From assembly GCA_003344405.1 (NCBI GenBank), contig NOWV01000237.1, positions 62,001 through 98,148 on the forward strand: a stretch of 36,148 nucleotides of DNA. The letters are read 5' to 3'. The position numbers were made by a program, and so were the translations under genes. Origin of the DNA: Trichoplax sp. H2 (taxonomy: Eukaryota). Shown here piece after piece: positions 10,101 to 21,825 of the stretch (position 1 is the first letter of the stretch; each line of letters begins with the position of its first letter). The notes below the pieces were generated by a model, which was not told the DNA's origin, made no database searches, and saw nothing but the letters and a program-made list of their open reading frames with translations.

Positions 10101-13019
10101 AAACATGGTCCAAATAATATTGCCCAATCTAATTTCAATTGCAAATTGGACTAGGACAACAGGCGGATAAATGAAACTATCCAAAATCGAATCCACATTG
10201 GAATTGGATTGAGCTAACTACAAGCCAATGTTACATGATGGCTTTGAAACTAGTTCTTGATATCAATTAAGACGATAACACAAAATAAAGTCTAATTCTA
10301 TGCCAATTTGGGTGTAAAATCAATCTAAAATGTTGTTGATGTAGTAATCCTAGTCTGATAGGAAAGAATAATATTACACATGTGAAAGATATCCATTGCT
10401 TCCTTTTCTCTTCTTTTGGGGGGGGGGGCAAAGTTCAATAGTAATTGCAACTATTATTCCTATTTTTAGACGATTTTAGCGAAATCTTTTTCTCTAATAA
10501 TTTATTGCTATCAACAAGAGCATTGGATTTTGACTTTTCCATCACCTTGATTAGGAAAATCCCTACTACGCGTACTCCACTCTTGGCCATTTTATTTTTC
10601 TTCCATTGGCAGTAAATATAGGATTAAAGGGGGGGAAAAAAAAATGGGAAAACTAAAGGCAGCCTAAGTCGTCATAATAGCAATTCAAATGAAAATACTA
10701 CGTACTATTTTATCATGAAGACTTTATTGATGTTGAAATCAATAGATCCGACAAGAGTAATACAGCAGGGATATAAAGGAAAAGTAAGAAAATGCCATTT
10801 TATTTTCCGCTTTTTCATTTCGGGGGGGGGATGTCGACATGATTGCTGTATTAGAATGCGATCTTTTCTATCAATGAGAAAATCATCCATCACCATGATT
10901 ATGAAATATTAAAATGGTGTAAAAGTCAATCATTGGTTGTTTTCCTATCAAGTGGGTTAAAGATATTGAAAGTTGCTTTTACTGTTGATGTTTTTTCAAA
11001 GGCCGATATAGCACTACTGTTGTATGTAGGTGTACTATTTTTTTTTTCTCTGCGAGACAATTACTGTCGATAAAAGGGTTAAAAAACGAAAGAGAAAGGA
11101 ACTGGCTATCCACCACTCTCTATCTCTGATCAAGGTAGTAGAAGGCCAATCTAAAATAAAAGCCTTGACGACTGAAAGATGATGGGGATAGGAGGGCAGT
11201 ATTTTTCAAAAGTGTGCCTAGAGGCTCGGGTAGAAAATTGGAAAAATTGGGCATAGACATTTTCTCTGTATGAAAATCATTTTGTATGTGATGTCTAGAA
11301 TGAGTATCGTTGTTGATCAGTAGGAGTTCAATCTTTTTCGATCTGTTTACCCTTGTCAATGGAATAGTAGAATAGGGGTAAGGGGGAATATTCAAGAAAA
11401 ATACATACAACAACCGTTAAGAGAGAGAGAGGAAAAAAAAAACCCCCTGGATCGAAACAGTGGACCCCAACAGGGAAATGAAGATTGGAATACCCTTTCT
11501 TTTGGTGCGTTTCTATGCCATCATGTCTGACTATAACCTTTTTTGGGGGTGATTAAAGTAGACTATTGGACATGAATCAGTAGACACAGTTGATAGAATG
11601 GATTGAGAGCATTACCAAGGTGAAATCAACATCTTTCACAAGTGATTGGGGAAAGGATTTAGCGTTATGTTGTGGACTTACCCTGACGGTATTTAATGCA
11701 CTGTTGAGTTCAGCAACAGAAAATGCTTTACCACTGGATGGATTGGGCACGTAAGTGGATGCTGCTGCTTCATCACTTTTACTGTCATAATTTGCTATCG
11801 GTGCACGACCAACTGAAAATGGAGAACGATTTCGATGAGATCTTGCTAGCGATGGCATATTGGCAGGCCTTGTTCGATGATTGCTATTGGCCGTGTTGAG
11901 TAATGGTGGTGGTGCGCCTGGCGGTGGATGGCCACCGTTGGAATTGCGCTGTTGCTGTTGTTGCCAATTTTGTAATTTCCACGTTGGTGAAGCATTACCA
12001 GCATGATTCCAATTGCCACTAATAGGATTGGTGGTGATATTTTTATTCTGCATACTACCGACAGCGTTGACAACGGAAGGTGGAAATGGTTTACGCCGTT
12101 GTCCAGGTGGAACTCGTCGATGATTGTGCTGTTGCTGGTGTTGGCTAACGACCAAGGGTGAAAATTGCGTCAAATGTGCTGGATTATTTAAGGACGATGA
12201 TGACGATGATGATGGCGGCGTTGCTGTATAAGGAAATGCATGATTAGTGTTGTTATTATTGCTATTATGATGATGATGATGATGATTATGATTAGGATTG
12301 CTGTTGCTACTGCTACTACCACTACCATGATTGCTGCTATTGCTGTTATGGCGGCTATGCTGATTGGAAGTGATGGTTGGATTAACTACGGCAGCGCTTG
12401 CAGTTGGCCCAGTGGTCGCGTTGTCATCGCCAGCAGTAGACCAATAAGTTGGCATTGAAGAATCGAGTAAAGCAGTGGAAGTAAATGGTGTTGCAGCATC
12501 GTTGTGCTTGTTGCTATTGCTATTGGCATGATGATTGCTGTTATTATTATTATTGCCAGTGGTATTGGCGCTGGAGTTATTGCTACCACTGGTGGCAGAA
12601 ATCGTCTCGACAGCGGTCGGAGACGATGTCGTTGTGCTATTTTGCATAGCCACTAAAGGATAGTGATGACGAGGACTTGGATTGCTACGATGATGGTGTG
12701 GACTGCCACTTTCCAGTTCTCTTGCTTGAATGTCGATCGTCAATGCAGTCTTGTGTTGGCGATCGATTGGTTGTGGATCACTACTTGTAGGATGATTTGG
12801 ATCAATTGGCGATGAATCAATACTGGAGTCGATAATCATACAATGAATTGTTTGATTTGGCCAAAGAGGAATTTCACTTGCAGTACAAGGTATTTCGGTT
12901 GAAATGGCGCTTTGCTTTTTCTTGCCAACAAGAAATGATAGTGAATGGATTGTCTGATAGGAATGATGATAATTTCTTTCTGTTATGACTGTGCTATTTC
13001 TTTGACTAGGATCGGACAT
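902..13019 (-). CDS. CPEB2/3/4: Cytoplasmic polyadenylation element-binding protein, CPEB2/3/4 (Orb2) subfamily; spliced gene, ~784 aa
   Basis: Manual splicing: exons 13019-11682, 3460-3373, 2490-2296, 2193-2104, 1971-1853, 1743-1629, 1516-1335, 1129-902. All introns are GT-AG and the phases are compatible. Translation includes RFSRKVFVGGLPPDIDEDEI, DWPHKAESKSYFPPKGYAFL, VQIRPWNLSDSDFVMD, KTIFVGGVPRPLRA, GIDTDPELKYPKGAGRVAF and VEVKPYVLDDQMCDHCQGARCGGKFAPFFC...YYCEHCW...HKPLVKEG, which are near-identical to the RRM1-RRM2-ZZ module of vertebrate CPEB2-4. Confidence 0.95.
1335..1516 (-). CDS. CPEB2/3/4: CPEB coding exon 7 (RRM2)
   Basis: 182 nt, encodes ELAKIMNDFYGGVCYAGIDTDPELKYPKGAGRVAFSNQQSYIAAISARFVQLQHGDIDKR. 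Confidence 0.95.
1629..1743 (-). CDS. CPEB2/3/4: CPEB coding exon 6 (RRM1-RRM2 junction)
   Basis: 115 nt, encodes VQIRPWNLSDSDFVMDNSKPLDPRKTIFVGGVPRPLRA; GTAAGT donor. Confidence 0.95.
1853..1971 (-). CDS. CPEB2/3/4: CPEB coding exon 5 (RRM1)
   Basis: 119 nt, encodes YAFLLFEEEVSVQKLIESC...VSSPTIKHKP; GTAAGT donor. Confidence 0.95.
2104..2193 (-). CDS. CPEB2/3/4: CPEB coding exon 4 (RRM1)
   Basis: 90 nt, encodes EIHNSFCRFGPLTVDWPHKAESKSYFPPK; AG/GT boundaries. Confidence 0.95.
2296..2490 (-). CDS. CPEB2/3/4: CPEB coding exon 3 (linker and start of RRM1)
   Basis: 195 nt, encodes KTFFP...ERFSRKVFVGGLPPDIDE; AG/GT boundaries. Confidence 0.92.
3373..3460 (-). CDS. CPEB2/3/4: CPEB coding exon 2 (TKSADMKFPTLENNLMGIIESPTPDEHTR)
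   Basis: Poly-T tract and TAG acceptor, G|GTAAAA donor, 88 nt. LENNLMGII resembles the conserved LENSLxDI motif of CPEB2-4. Confidence 0.85.
4750..5320. repeat. Degenerate ~100-130 bp repeat family in the large CPEB intron
   Basis: A GAAATT(G/T)..ACCATT...TCTTAGTCCT.GAATA.CCA...ATCAAGTCTGATAT-like pattern recurs at ~4753, 5016, 5112 and 5241. Confidence 0.65.
7015..7940. repeat. Degenerate tandem array, ~9 units of ~85-120 bp, in the large CPEB intron
   Basis: The core TCAGT....TTGGAYGGYAAGGTAGCCGAT recurs at ~7040, 7135, 7245, 7330, 7450, 7570, 7685, 7805 and 7922. A second core, TTGGCCTTSCATGTC, lies ~40 nt upstream in each full unit. Confidence 0.9.
11682..13019 (-). CDS. CPEB2/3/4: CPEB coding exon 1: N-terminal low-complexity (N/S/H/Q/P-rich) region, 446 codons
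   Basis: Part of the 480-aa ORF 11577..13019. A perfect phase-0 donor AGG|GTAAGT at 11682/11681 matches the phase-0 acceptor at 3460. Motifs such as YWST, FSP..SQHQQQ..RR.P and RKPFP resemble vertebrate CPEB2-4 N-termini (from memory). The start Met is uncertain. Confidence 0.8.
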
Positions 13020-13764
13020 GGAAGAAATCCTCCAATCTGTTCCATCAGTTTGAACGTGGAGAGAGAGAGAGAAAAAAATACAATATTAATTTCTACGTCC
13101 ACATTGATGGACTAGCTAAAGGTACGCGCATTGTTACAGTTAATTAATCCATCTCGATTTGGTGTGTGTATGACATATAGACATTGATCGATAGTTTATG
13201 CAAGAACAAGTGGAAGGAGAGAGAGTGAATAACAAGTCGCCCCCCTCCCAAAAATGAAGATCATCTCCATTTTTAAAAATGCAACAAAAACGCTCAACAG
13301 AAGATCCTCCAGTACAGTAGTGCATTTTGGGGGTTGCTTGGCAAGATGTTGTATCAAGTTATGGCGTGGATCAACAATAAAAGTGAGAAAAAGTCATACC
13401 GTATGTACAGTACAAGTGGATGACGATTGTATAAACTGGAGAGAAAAAGCCACTTGACGACTAATGGATGTATAGTCAATGAAACGGCTTATACCTCGAG
13501 GAATGACAAGATAGTCATGATCGGCTGCATTACAAGATTGGATGGCGACATGAGAATTGAATGATCCAGTTGGGGTACTGTGCGATCATGTTGGTATTGT
13601 ATGACAGAATTGCTGTCCATTTCACAGCTGGTGTTTTTTATTGGATCCATGAGTAGCGCGCACCTCCAATCGATTGATGGATGTTATTTGTCTACTAGAT
13701 TAGGAATTTACGACAACTGTCGATCGTCCAACTGGTATTCAAGCATCAAGACTACTTGGTCAAT

Positions 13765-16700
13765 GTGGACTAGGGTATGATGATGATGATCAACCGATGA
13801 TTGATTATCACTTTCTCACTCTCTCTCTTGTCCCCCCTCGGCATGTCCAAGACTGTCATGGCAGTATTGCCGAAAATGGTCGGCGTAGACGGCTACAAGA
13901 CACTACTATCATCGATCCTCTCGACTTGAAAAAATGAATGTGCTATGACAAGTGGAAAGTGCGACAGCTCGTCGACTGTATGCATCGATTGCTCAACGCC
14001 AACTGGGACAAAAAAATGAAGAGAAAGGGAGAGAAAAAAAAAAAAGATTGAAAACATGACACAAGAATGATCCAATGGCCAGTTGGATGGGAAGCGCATA
14101 CCTAGACCGTATTGATTTGCTAGCGTCCCCAAGCCAATGGATGTTGATCTCCGTAATAGGAGGAGAGCAATTGCGTTGTTGAAAGCGTTGGAAATGGCCG
14201 CGTCTCCACTCAACTCTCTCTCTCCCTCGACCGACGATGTAAATCAATTGAATGCAAGACACCAAGTAGGAAAATGCCAATGTGAAGTTTGAAAGATAGC
14301 AGGTGCGTTTAAATATTCTTCCAATTAATGAAACAACAAAACAAAGAAATGGAGAATCATTTTTATATTTCCAAGCTGGATTGGAAATTGAAGAGGGTTA
14401 TTATTATTTTCAATTTGCAGTATTGTATGTTGAGGTGGAGCCAATGGCAGTGGCCAGCGCTAGTCACATGATGCATGCAGTCTAGTTTCAACAATAGCCT
14501 GGCCAGCAAATCATCTGTGACAGCAGTAGGCTCTCATTCATTATGACGATTGGACTCTACTGGCGCTTACAGTGGTTGCTACTGTAAGAAATGGATACCA
14601 GCGTAAGGCTGCGTCTACAGTCTGCAGTCCAGGACTGTAGGCCACAGTACTTGGACATGGGACATCTTCTATTTTTAGCACAGGCCAATCTTTTGTTCAA
14701 CACCACTGGCTGAATGAGGCGACACATCCCAGTTTTGTACCATACCGTACTACAGTGTCTTATACTGTACAGTAGACACGCGTACTGTAAAAAGTGCAAG
14801 GAAATCCAATTCATTTTGCACCACATGATGGATAAATCCGATCAGCTTCCATTGCATTTTCTCCTTGACCAATCCAATTTGCATTCCCCTTGCAATGCCT
14901 AAGTCCATACAGAGAGTACCGTAGACCATTGACCTAGTTTAGCCTTGATTCAACAAACACAAGTTGGATTTCTTTCTTCCTGCTCTGCCAATTCATCCCA
15001 CCACTCTACCGTGGACAGTACTGTCAACGCATGACGCACTACAGTACTATATACTGTAGCAACCCCAAATCCAGCTGATTGCTCCTTGTCAGCTGTCAGA
15101 CCTAAAGAACAAAATGAAATGGTTCACCCAATTTTCTCATGCAATCACGTGATACAGGCATCAATGGCCAGGACAGTCATGCTGATAATGCATGACGGTC
15201 TGTCCAAGGCAACACAAAGAAAGAAGAAAATCTTCTTCTAAATACATCCATCATCATCATCAATCCAGTCGATATCCCTTGCAAAAGGAATCAATCCACT
15301 CCATTGGACATAGCACAACACATTACTCCAAGAAAGAGAAAAGGCCATCTACAATAGACTTCCATTGACTGTCAGTCAAAACCCATTGATGGCCGGCCAT
15401 CCAACGTCAGCAATGGAGAAAATGACGGACGCTCAACTTACTGCTGATCAAAGCCAAACAGTCAAGCATGGCCATCATCTACTATCACATAGGTCGCTAT
15501 CCGTATGGCACAGAATACTCGGTATTTTAAAAAGCTTCACAATAACAAGATAGACCGGACATAACCCATGCCGCCGTCAATGCAATACGCAAGGACAATA
15601 TACGCTCGGCTACCACAGTACTGTATTCATCAACTGGACAGTAATCATCACAACAATTATTCTTCTTCATTCAATAGCACAATAACTCATCCAATGCTAT
15701 CTTCTCCTTTCGTTGTTCAAATCACAACACTTCAACTGAATGTTGCCTTGAATAATGTACCATGATCGATATCACTTAGTCCATGCAGCTCCATTCATCC
15801 AGCGTAAACTGTAATACATCGCATAACAACGTGCACTTGCTGCTTAGCAAGCAGCCATACATCGCATATTCTATAGTACTCCTTTCTTTGCTTAGCAAGC
15901 AGCCATACATCGCTTATTCTACAGTACTCCTTTCTCTCGTCGTAAACTGTGATACATCGCACAACAACGTGCACTCGCTGCTTAGCAAGCAGCCATACAT
16001 CGCATATTCTATAGTACTCCTTTCTTTGCTTAGCAAGCAGCCATACATCGCTTATTCTACAGTACTCCTTTCTCTCGTCGTAAACTGTAATACATCGCAC
16101 AACAACGTGCACTCGCTGCTTAGCAAGCAGCCATACATCGCATATTCTATAGTACTCCTTTCTTTGCTTAGCAAGCAGCCATACATCGCTTATTCTACAG
16201 TACTCCTTTCTCTCGTCGTAAACTGTAATACATCGCACAACAACGTGCACTCGCTGCTTAGCAAACTGCACCTTTATACTGTACTGTTGTTTTCGTCAAC
16301 CCGTGATGTTCTTCATTGTCAACAATAGGCGTAAGTGAAAGTGATATTAAAGCATCGTCATAGGCCGATATCGAAAGCAGAAAGGGAGCGTTTTGTTCTG
16401 CTAACAGTTGACTCCAAGAAGCTGCAAATAGTCGTCGATCTTCACCTTGTAAATTATCTTTCTTGCCACTACTTTCCTATAATCGGATACGTATTTTACT
16501 GCGAGACATTCATCCAATTTTTTATATACTGTACAGCACAGACTACTAAAAGAAGGGAAAGGATGTACCGTTGTGCAGTAATAGGTACTGTTTCATGAAT
16601 GACTGTACCCGACTACGCGTATTAGCATACACAGTATACGAGAACTTGAACGACTAACTATCTGGTCTTTTACTTCAATTATCAACTAACATTAGCCAAT

Positions 16701-18749
16701 CAATGATTCTATTCATGATAGCAATCAATTCACGTATAGCTATTCTAGACTAGGACTGTGTCGTAGGATTCGAATAGAAATGTTCTCCTGCATACAGGAG
16801 ACCACTGATAAGCTGAAGCTTTTACAAATAAGCTCATCATCAATCTCTTGCAAATGATAGGCCTAGTACAATGACTAGAAATTTGTATTGCACGACTTTA
16901 TGAATTTTAAAGTCATTGATAATGACAATAAAGTACATGTATACGTATACTTGTAACATTGTAAGATCATTGCCACAATCTTATTCCAATCTTTAACCTG
17001 AACATAACTGAGTGTCGTCGATCTGAGAAAGGTTCGGAAGTGTGCAGTCCACTCTTTATTCCGAGTAGCCTTCCCACAAGTGATCGATATACACTAGATA
17101 TTATAGACGTATGAGTATTACTAAATTACTAGCCAATGTGGCAATACAACTGCGGTATTGGTATTATACGATGATCATATCAGTTAGGCAGCTATGCAGT
17201 TTATTTGCCCTAATGCCTACAACGTTACAAGTCTATCACAACAGGTTGTAGCGTAGCAAAGTAGGATTGTAAAGCTTCTCTTAGACTATAGTTCATTGAT
17301 AAGTGAAGCAGTTTCTTCTTACCTGTATACTGTAGCTCTCATTGCTTCATTGATTGTTACACAAGCATGCAATGGTTGTCATCATATTAGATAGAGTAAT
17401 CTCTCAACTGTCTAATTTTCAACCATGATGCAGCAAGTTAGGAAACCGCTATATCTATTCTTGATGATGGCTTAAGCTGCTCATTTTAGAACTAAATCAT
17501 AAGCGCCAATACAACACTTGTGCTTATTGCATGTCGATTGAATCTTTAAAGGGTCCAAATTGACTGCAGTATTCTGCTACAAAATCGATTCAATCGTATA
17601 CATGAATAATAGCACAGGTAGTTGAGGTAATGTAGCTTATGGTCTGATAAAGAGTTGGTATAAAACATTTAGTAAGAGACAGGTTTTTATGGATGAGCAA
17701 GATGAGCTGAGAGTACGAAAGTGAATCATTCAAAGAGTCAATGTACAGTGAACTAGAATACCTGCACAGAACTAATTGCTGCTAACGTCTGATTAGCCAC
17801 TACTACAGTAGCCAAGTTATTTCTCTGTGATATGACTCGGAGTCGAAATCGCGCAGCCTTCAAGCCTTTCTGAAATGGGTAAATCGATATCCATAGCCAG
17901 GCCATCGACATTACTAAACTCTATTCAAGTGCCTAACTGATTGATTGGTATATTCGTAATTAAGCTATTGGAAAAATTATCCCAATGGATTTACCATCAG
18001 ACTGCTTGCTAAAACTACGTTTCTTCAGTACTCTTAGATGGCAGTGTTTTTGTATTGTAATTAAGCTACATAAAGCTTAACAGTACTCATACAGTATACC
18101 AGTATTACTTGTTGGAGTTTCTTACAGTGGCATCGATGTGATTATAGTTAGTTAGTTAGTTAGTTCTAGATTTCGTCCCACCAAAATATGTATCTCTACT
18201 CTCTAGTCATCAAAAAATGAATCAATAGAAGCAACCTGATGCGCGATATCAATTATGGTGCAGGTACCACAAATTGAGTGCACTGCCACAAAACATCGAG
18301 GTTAACGCAAACGCAGAGTAAAGGCATTTTAGCTGGTAGCAATTTCGCCAGAGCGAAGCAAGTAAAACTAAAATTCCTTACAAACCCGAGGAATATGGTT
18401 AAGATGTCTTCAACGTTGTACTTTTATTGATTATTAAGAATCCACGACAGCGGCTATCAGGCAGAATGGATGTGAGTTAAAGTGCACCTTCATTATTTCC
18501 AATTGTACTACTGCATACTCGGAATGAGTATTGCTGATGCTCGACTGAAGAGGTCTCTACAAATATGCGTACAGTCACTGTGAAAATCTGACCGTCGTCT
18601 TTAAATTCAGCCGGATTCCAGTATCGACTTACCACGACTGCGAAATGTAAAACTAAAAATTGACAGTATGCTTTTACAGTACTATACTCGCGGCGTGTTG
18701 ATTGATTCTGTTAGTCTTGCAAAGGTAAATCCGGTTGTTTCCATGATTG
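13765..18749. repeat. ~5-kb direct duplication, copy 1 (probable haplotype A)
   Basis: Colinear and highly similar to 18770-24330; ends exactly at the 20-N gap. Confidence 0.95.
15803..16265. repeat. Composite minisatellite with a 138-bp period (48-bp plus 90-bp subunits), ~3.3 copies
   Basis: CGTAAACTGT recurs at 15803, 15941, 16079 and 16217; CTTAGCAAGCAGCCATACATCGC occurs twice per period. Confidence 0.95.
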
Positions 18750-18769
18750 NNNNNNNNNNNNNNNNNNNN
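18750..18769. other. Assembly gap (20 N)
   Basis: Run of N in the sequence. Confidence 1.
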
Positions 18770-19427
18770 GTGGACTAGGGTATGATGATGATGATCAACC
18801 GATAATGGATGATCACTTTCTCACTCTCTCTCTCTCTCTCTCTCTTGTCCCCCCGGCATGTCCAAGACTGTCATGGCAGTATTGGCTAAAATGGTCGGCG
18901 TAGACGGCTACAAGACACTACTATGATCGATCCTCTCCACTTGAAAAAATGAATGTGCTATGACAAGTGGAAAGTGCGACAGCTCGTCGACTGTATGCAT
19001 CGATTGCTGAACACCAACTGGGACAAAAAAATGAAGAGAAAGGGAAAAAAAAAAAAGAATTGAAAACATGACACAAGAATGAATTGCACACATGGATGAT
19101 CCAATGGCCAGTTGGATGGTAAGCGCATACCTAGACCGTATTGATTTGCTAGCGTCCCCAAGCCAATGGATGTTGATCTCCGTAATAGGAGGAGAGCAAT
19201 TGCGTTGTTGAAAACGTTGGAAATGGCCGCGTCTCCACTCAACTCTCTCTCTCCCTCGACCGACGATGTAAATCAATTGAATGCAAGACACCAAGTAGGA
19301 AAATGCCAATGTGAAGTTTCCAAGATAGCAGGTGCGTTTAAATATTCTTCCAATTAATGAAACAACAAAACAAAGAAATGGAGAATCATTTTTATATTTA
19401 CAAGCTGGATTGGAAATTGAAGAGGCT

Positions 19428-19959
19428 TATTTTCAATTTGCAGTATTGTATGTTGAGGAGCCAATGGCAGTGGCCAGCGCTAGTCACATGATACAGGCAG
19501 TCTAGTTTCAACAATAGCCTGGCCAGTAAATCATCTGTGACAGCAGTAGGCTCTCATTCATTATGACGATTGGATCCTACTGGCGCTTACAGTGGTTGGT
19601 ACTGTAAGAAATGGATACCAGCGTAACGCTGCGTCTACAGTCTGCAGTCCAGGACTGTAGACCACAGTACTGGACATAGGACACCTTCTATTTTTAGCAC
19701 AGGGCTATTTTCAATTTCCTGGTATTGTATGTTGAGGTGGAGCCAATGGCAGTGGCCAGCGCTAGTCACATGATGCATGCAGTCCAGGTTCAACAATAGC
19801 CTGGCCAGCAAATCATCTGTGACAGCAGTAGGCTCTCATTCATCATGACGATTGGATCTTACTGGCACTTACAGTGGTTGGTACTGTAAGAAACGGAGTG
19901 CAGGACTGTAGACCACAGTACTGTACTGTACATGGGACACCTTCTATTTTTAGCACAGG
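19428..19959. repeat. ~255-275 bp tandem duplication present only in copy 2
   Basis: TATTTTCAATTT...TTTAGCACAGG occurs at 19428-19703 and 19706-19959, but once in copy 1 (~14405-14684). Confidence 0.9.
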
Positions 19960-21329
19960 CCAATCTTTTGTTCAATGCTATCCAATTTCAATTCCCCTTG
20001 CAATGCCTAAGTCCATACAGAGAGTACCGTAGACCATTAACCTAGTTTAGCCTTAATTCAACGGACACAAGTTGGATTTCTTTCACCTTGCTCTGCCAAT
20101 TCATCCCACCACTCTACCGTGGACAGTACACGCATGACGCGCTACAGTACTATATACTGTAGCAACCCCAAATCCAGCTGATTGCTCCTTGTCAGCTGTC
20201 AGACCGAAAGAACAAAACGAAATGGTTCACCCAATTTTCTCAAGCAATCACGTGACACAGACGTCAATGGCCAGGACAATCATGCTGATAATGCTTTACG
20301 GTCTGTCCAAGGCAACACAAAGAAAGAAAGGAAAGAAAGAATAAAATCTTCTTCTCAATACATCCATCATCATCAATCTAGTCGATATCCCTTGCAAAAG
20401 GAATCAATCCACTCCATTAGACATAGCACAACACATTACTCCAAGAAAGAGAAAAGGCCATCTACAATAGACTTCCATTGACTGTCAGTCAAAACCCATT
20501 GATGGCCGGCCATCCAACGTCAGCAATGGAGAAAATGACGGACGCTCAACTTACTGCTGATCAAAGCCAAACAGTCAAGCATGGCCATCATCTACTATCA
20601 CATAGGTCGCTATCCGTATAGCACAGAATACTCGTATTTTAAAAAGCTTCACCATAACAAGATAGACCGGACATAACCCATGCCGCCGTCAATGCAATAC
20701 GCAAGGACAATATACGCTCGGCTACCACAGTACTGTATTCATCTGCATCAACTGGACAGTAATCATCACAACAATTATTATTCATTCAATAGCACAATAA
20801 CTCATCCAATGCTATCTTCTCGTTTCGTTGTTAAAGTCACAACACTTCAACTGAATGTTGCCTTGAATGATGTACCATGATCGATATCACTTAGATATCA
20901 CTTAGTCCATGCAGCTCCATTCATCCAGCGTATATTGAAATACGACTGGACGTACTGTATAATAATCATTATCATCGATACGCTTGATCTTCGATACTCT
21001 ACTGTACAAGTCATCGTCATGCTTTCATCCATGATGTACTATTCATTCTGTCATTATAAGCGCTTCTCGAACTTGGGCAACAACTCTACATCCAAATACA
21101 GTACGTACACAGACTGCGGATAAAAGTATAACCAAGCCTATCGTACTTCACCAATATCAACATACAGTAGATTAAACTTCAAAGTTGATGACAACAATTA
21201 GGATAATCATGCCTTAACTGTAGTGAAAATACGTTCTTGCAACCGCACGCAGGCGTAGGAATTGTTGTCAATCTAGCCATCGACTTGACCGATGAATCAT
21301 TTCAATCAATGGCGAGATACGATCAAGAC

Positions 21330-21825
21330 ATACATCGCATATTCCACAGTACTCTTTTCTCTCGTCGTAAACTGTAATACATCGCATAACAACGTGCACT
21401 CGGTGCCTAGCAAGCAGCCATGCATCGCATATTCTACAGTACTCTTTTCTCTCGTCGTAAACTGTAATACATCGCACAACAACGTGCACTCGGTGCCTAG
21501 CAAGCAGCCATGCATCGCATATTCTACAGTACTCCTTTCTCTCGTTGTAAACTGTAATACATCGCATAACAACGTACACTCGGTGCCTAGCAAGCAGCCA
21601 TACATCGCATATTCTACAGTACTCTTTTCTCTCGTCGTAAACTGTAACACATCGCATAACAACGTGCACTCGCTGCTTAGCAAGCAGCCATACATCGCAT
21701 ATTCTATAGTACTCCTTTCTTTGCCTAGCAAGCAGCCATACATCGCATATTCTACAGTACTCCTTTCTCTCATCGTAAACTGTAATACATCGCACAACAA
21801 CGTGCACTCGCTGCTTAGCAAACTG
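21330..21825. repeat. Second version of the same minisatellite: 90, 90, 90 and 138-bp units
   Basis: The unit marker GTAAACTGT recurs at ~21367, 21457, 21547, 21637 and 21775. Confidence 0.95.

Noticed and set aside
4765..11413. Scattered 60-97 aa ORFs in the large CPEB intron as a nested gene
   Set aside because: No homology recognised and no consistent exon chain; such lengths are compatible with chance.
11846..12589. Short overlapping ORFs (11846-12073, 12240-12458, 12386-12589)
   Set aside because: These are alternative-frame or antisense shadows of the low-complexity CPEB exon.
13893..14280. 95-133 aa ORFs here and at 18908-19357
   Set aside because: No recognisable domain, and frames and ends differ between the two copies because of indels in A/GA runs.
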